This document shows, one piece after another, positions 62,731 through 64,000 of a DNA stretch of 64,000 nt. The notes below the pieces were generated by a model, which was given only the letters and a program-made list of their open reading frames with translations, was not told where the DNA came from and searched no databases. Made by a program: the position numbers and the translations under genes. Location: contig NW_021833441.1 of NCBI RefSeq assembly GCF_006345805.1, forward strand, positions 1-64,000, written 5' to 3'. The stretch is from Octopus sinensis (lineage: Eukaryota). Each line of letters opens with the position of its first letter. The first letter of the stretch is position 1.

Positions 62731-64000
62731 ATATGTGTGTGCATGCGCTTTTGTGTGAATGCGTGCGTGTGTGTATGTGTGTTTGTGCCTACGTTTGACC
62801 CCACCACTGCTACACAACCAGTATTGGTGTATATAATCCCTTAACTTAAGGGTTCGAATAATAGCTGTCGATAGAATAAGTACCGGATTTTTACATAAAA
62901 ATCACTCCTGGGGTCAATGTGTTCAACTTAAATTCTTTAAGCTTAAACATGACCTGAGTTGGTCAATAGTAAGGCATGCGAGTCCATACGACACTCTGTC
63001 CAGCAAATTCCAACTATGTTCCGAAGAATCGTTGTCTTTACTGTTGACGAAGTATAGATCGATTGTTTGAGAGATTGGCTAGATGCTTGCACACAAACGA
63101 ACATACTATAGCAGGTTACGATAGAAACTGTACATATGGATTACAAATTAACTACGGGGGAAAATAACAGCTTAATAATTCAAACCCATCCCAAGTGTTC
63201 AAAATCCTGCAAGACAACTTTGGAACTACGGAATAACTCGACAAGCCAGCTACATAACGAGAACAGTGATACTGAATTTACACTGTTCTGAACATACGCG
63301 CGTGTATACATCTATATTATATCATTATAGATATATGGTAAAGAATCATTAATTTATTAATAATGTCTCCACAGATAGCAATACTCGTAACTCACATAAG
63401 CAAAAAAAAAAACAGAAAAAAGTTCACCATGTGCGTCACAAGCAGCACCGCAGAAATCTGCAGTCTACTATCGGGGAGTGAATTACCATTATAGATATAG
63501 GGTAAAGAATTATTAATTTATTAATAAAATTAATAATTAATAATTTTACCAAGTAGTTCGGTATGGAAAAAACCCATTATTGGTAAAAACTTATACAAAA
63601 AGTTTTTTTTAATAATTATAAACATAATTAAGGGATCAGCAAAAGTTGCTTCACCGCATACCGAAATTTAGAAATAGCAGTCAAAACTACTAATTCTTCT
63701 ACTACAATATATCTCCACAGACAATTATACTCGTATCTGACATAGGCAAAAAGAAGAAAAAATAACGAAACTAACCAGCCTTAATTAATCGTGTACGCGT
63801 TTCAGGATTAGAATGGCGTAAAATTCATTTCCCTCTTCAGCATGATATGGCTTGGCGCCAGTAAATCACAACTTATTTCTACAGTTGAGTGAACTGGAGC
63901 AACATGAAATAAAGTGTCTTGCTCAAGAATACGACCCACAACCTCATGTCATAAACTCGGCGCTCTAACATATGCCCCAATGATAACTGTATGGTGTGTA

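Overview
Repeat-dense, AT-rich animal genomic DNA. The tRNA-headed SINE families and long (AT)n/(TACA)n/(TAA)n tracts suggest a cephalopod, probably Octopus; this is inference only. The only host coding sequence I can support is one minus-strand exon of an adhesion-type (7tm_2) GPCR at 55657-56045. The main structure is an ~18 kb cluster (19.3-37.3 kb) of one Tx1-like non-LTR retrotransposon family. Three copies are stacked head-to-tail and separated by what look like re-used target-site duplications. A fourth copy faces the other way with a clean 17-bp TSD, and its 5' half is mirrored in a large palindrome. Every copy has an extra conserved reading frame between ORF1 and ORF2. Other content: two tandem R4/Dong-type RLE retrotransposons in (TAA)n; decayed Penelope-like, MULE-like, CR1-like and RTE-like remnants; three Tc1/mariner elements; non-autonomous Helitrons, including a CTAG|TC head-to-tail dimer; arrays of SINE heads; and several minisatellites. 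Most long ORFs in the track are artefacts of simple repeats. All comparisons were made by eye, and no database searches were run.
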